Shown here one piece after another: positions 61,354 to 64,000 of a DNA stretch of 64,000 nt. The stretch lies in NCBI RefSeq assembly GCF_009914755.1, contig NC_060947.1; one strand, given 5' to 3'. The stretch comes from the human T2T-CHM13v2.0 reference genome, Homo sapiens. The stretch's first letter is position 1, and each line of letters starts with the position of its first letter. Position numbers and translations under genes: made by a program. The notes under the pieces were generated by a model that worked only from the letters and a program-made list of their open reading frames with translations, had not been told where the DNA came from and made no database searches.

Positions 61354-61644
61354 CAGTGGCTTAGCCTCACAAACACAAACCTCCTTTCAGTTAAACCAGG
61401 GAACTGACTTCACTGCACTGTGCCAGTTTCCCAACTATGCCTGCCACTGAGGTTATTACAAACACCAAATGAATATGTGTCTGACTTCACTTTGTAAACC
61501 ACAAGAGATGATTATTCCAGAATAGTGTTACCCAGAAATGCTCACACGTTTCAGATTTCCATTAAATAATTATGTTATGGCTGTAGCAATTAAACTCTGC
61601 AGTGACTTAGCCTCACAACACAAACCTTCTTTCAGTTAAACCAG
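61354..61644 (+). repeat. ~46-bp direct repeat (61354-61399 and 61600-61644)
   Basis: cagtg(g/a)cttagcctcacaa(a)cacaaacct(c/t)ctttcagttaaaccag occurs twice. Confidence 0.9.
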
Positions 61645-61796
61645 TGGTACTACCTGGGCTATATGCCAGGGGAGATTTAACAAAACATATTCGGGCTCCA
61701 CCCTCAAAGGTTAACTTAATTGGCCTGAGGTGAGGCATTTAAATATTTTAAGCTCCATGGGTGATTCCATTGTGTAGCCATTGTTGAGAACCACTG
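61642..61796. mobile_element. MER5-like DNA transposon
   Basis: TIRs cagtggt ... gagaaccactg. Confidence 0.65.
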
Positions 61797-61874
61797 AATT
61801 AATCCAAACTTCATCTAAATAAAATTTTTATTTGAGAAAAATTAAGGACATGGAAAAATCCATTGATCTGGAAT

Positions 61875-64000
<2,126 letters not shown>

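Overview
Primate (most likely human X-chromosome) genomic DNA lying entirely inside the myotubularin-family gene MTMR8 on the minus strand. Eleven consecutive coding exons (numbered 2-12 from my recollection of the protein; 1457 nt in total, all GT-AG and phase-compatible) run from 40805 down to 10050 and encode the PH-GRAM domain and the phosphatase domain with an intact HCSDGWDRT motif. Exon 1 and the last exons lie outside the window. The introns are dense with transposon relics: a full-length but dead L1PA antisense to the gene, other L1 fragments, Alus, L2, MIR, MaLR/ERVL LTRs including a complete MST element, and Tigger/MER DNA transposons. Most ORFs in the supplied track are repeat-derived. 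The most notable unexplained structures are: a ~175 bp, ~96% identical non-TE inverted repeat next to the exon 5 acceptor; shared non-consensus variants between two inverted L1s of different subfamilies; an open, extended ORF0 upstream of exon 2; a polyadenylated HERV-H/LTR7 3'-end retrocopy; a tail-less L1 fragment with a target-site duplication; inverted Alu pairs bracketing exons; and several local duplication scars. Repeat family names and their boundaries were assigned by eye from remembered consensus sequences and are approximate.
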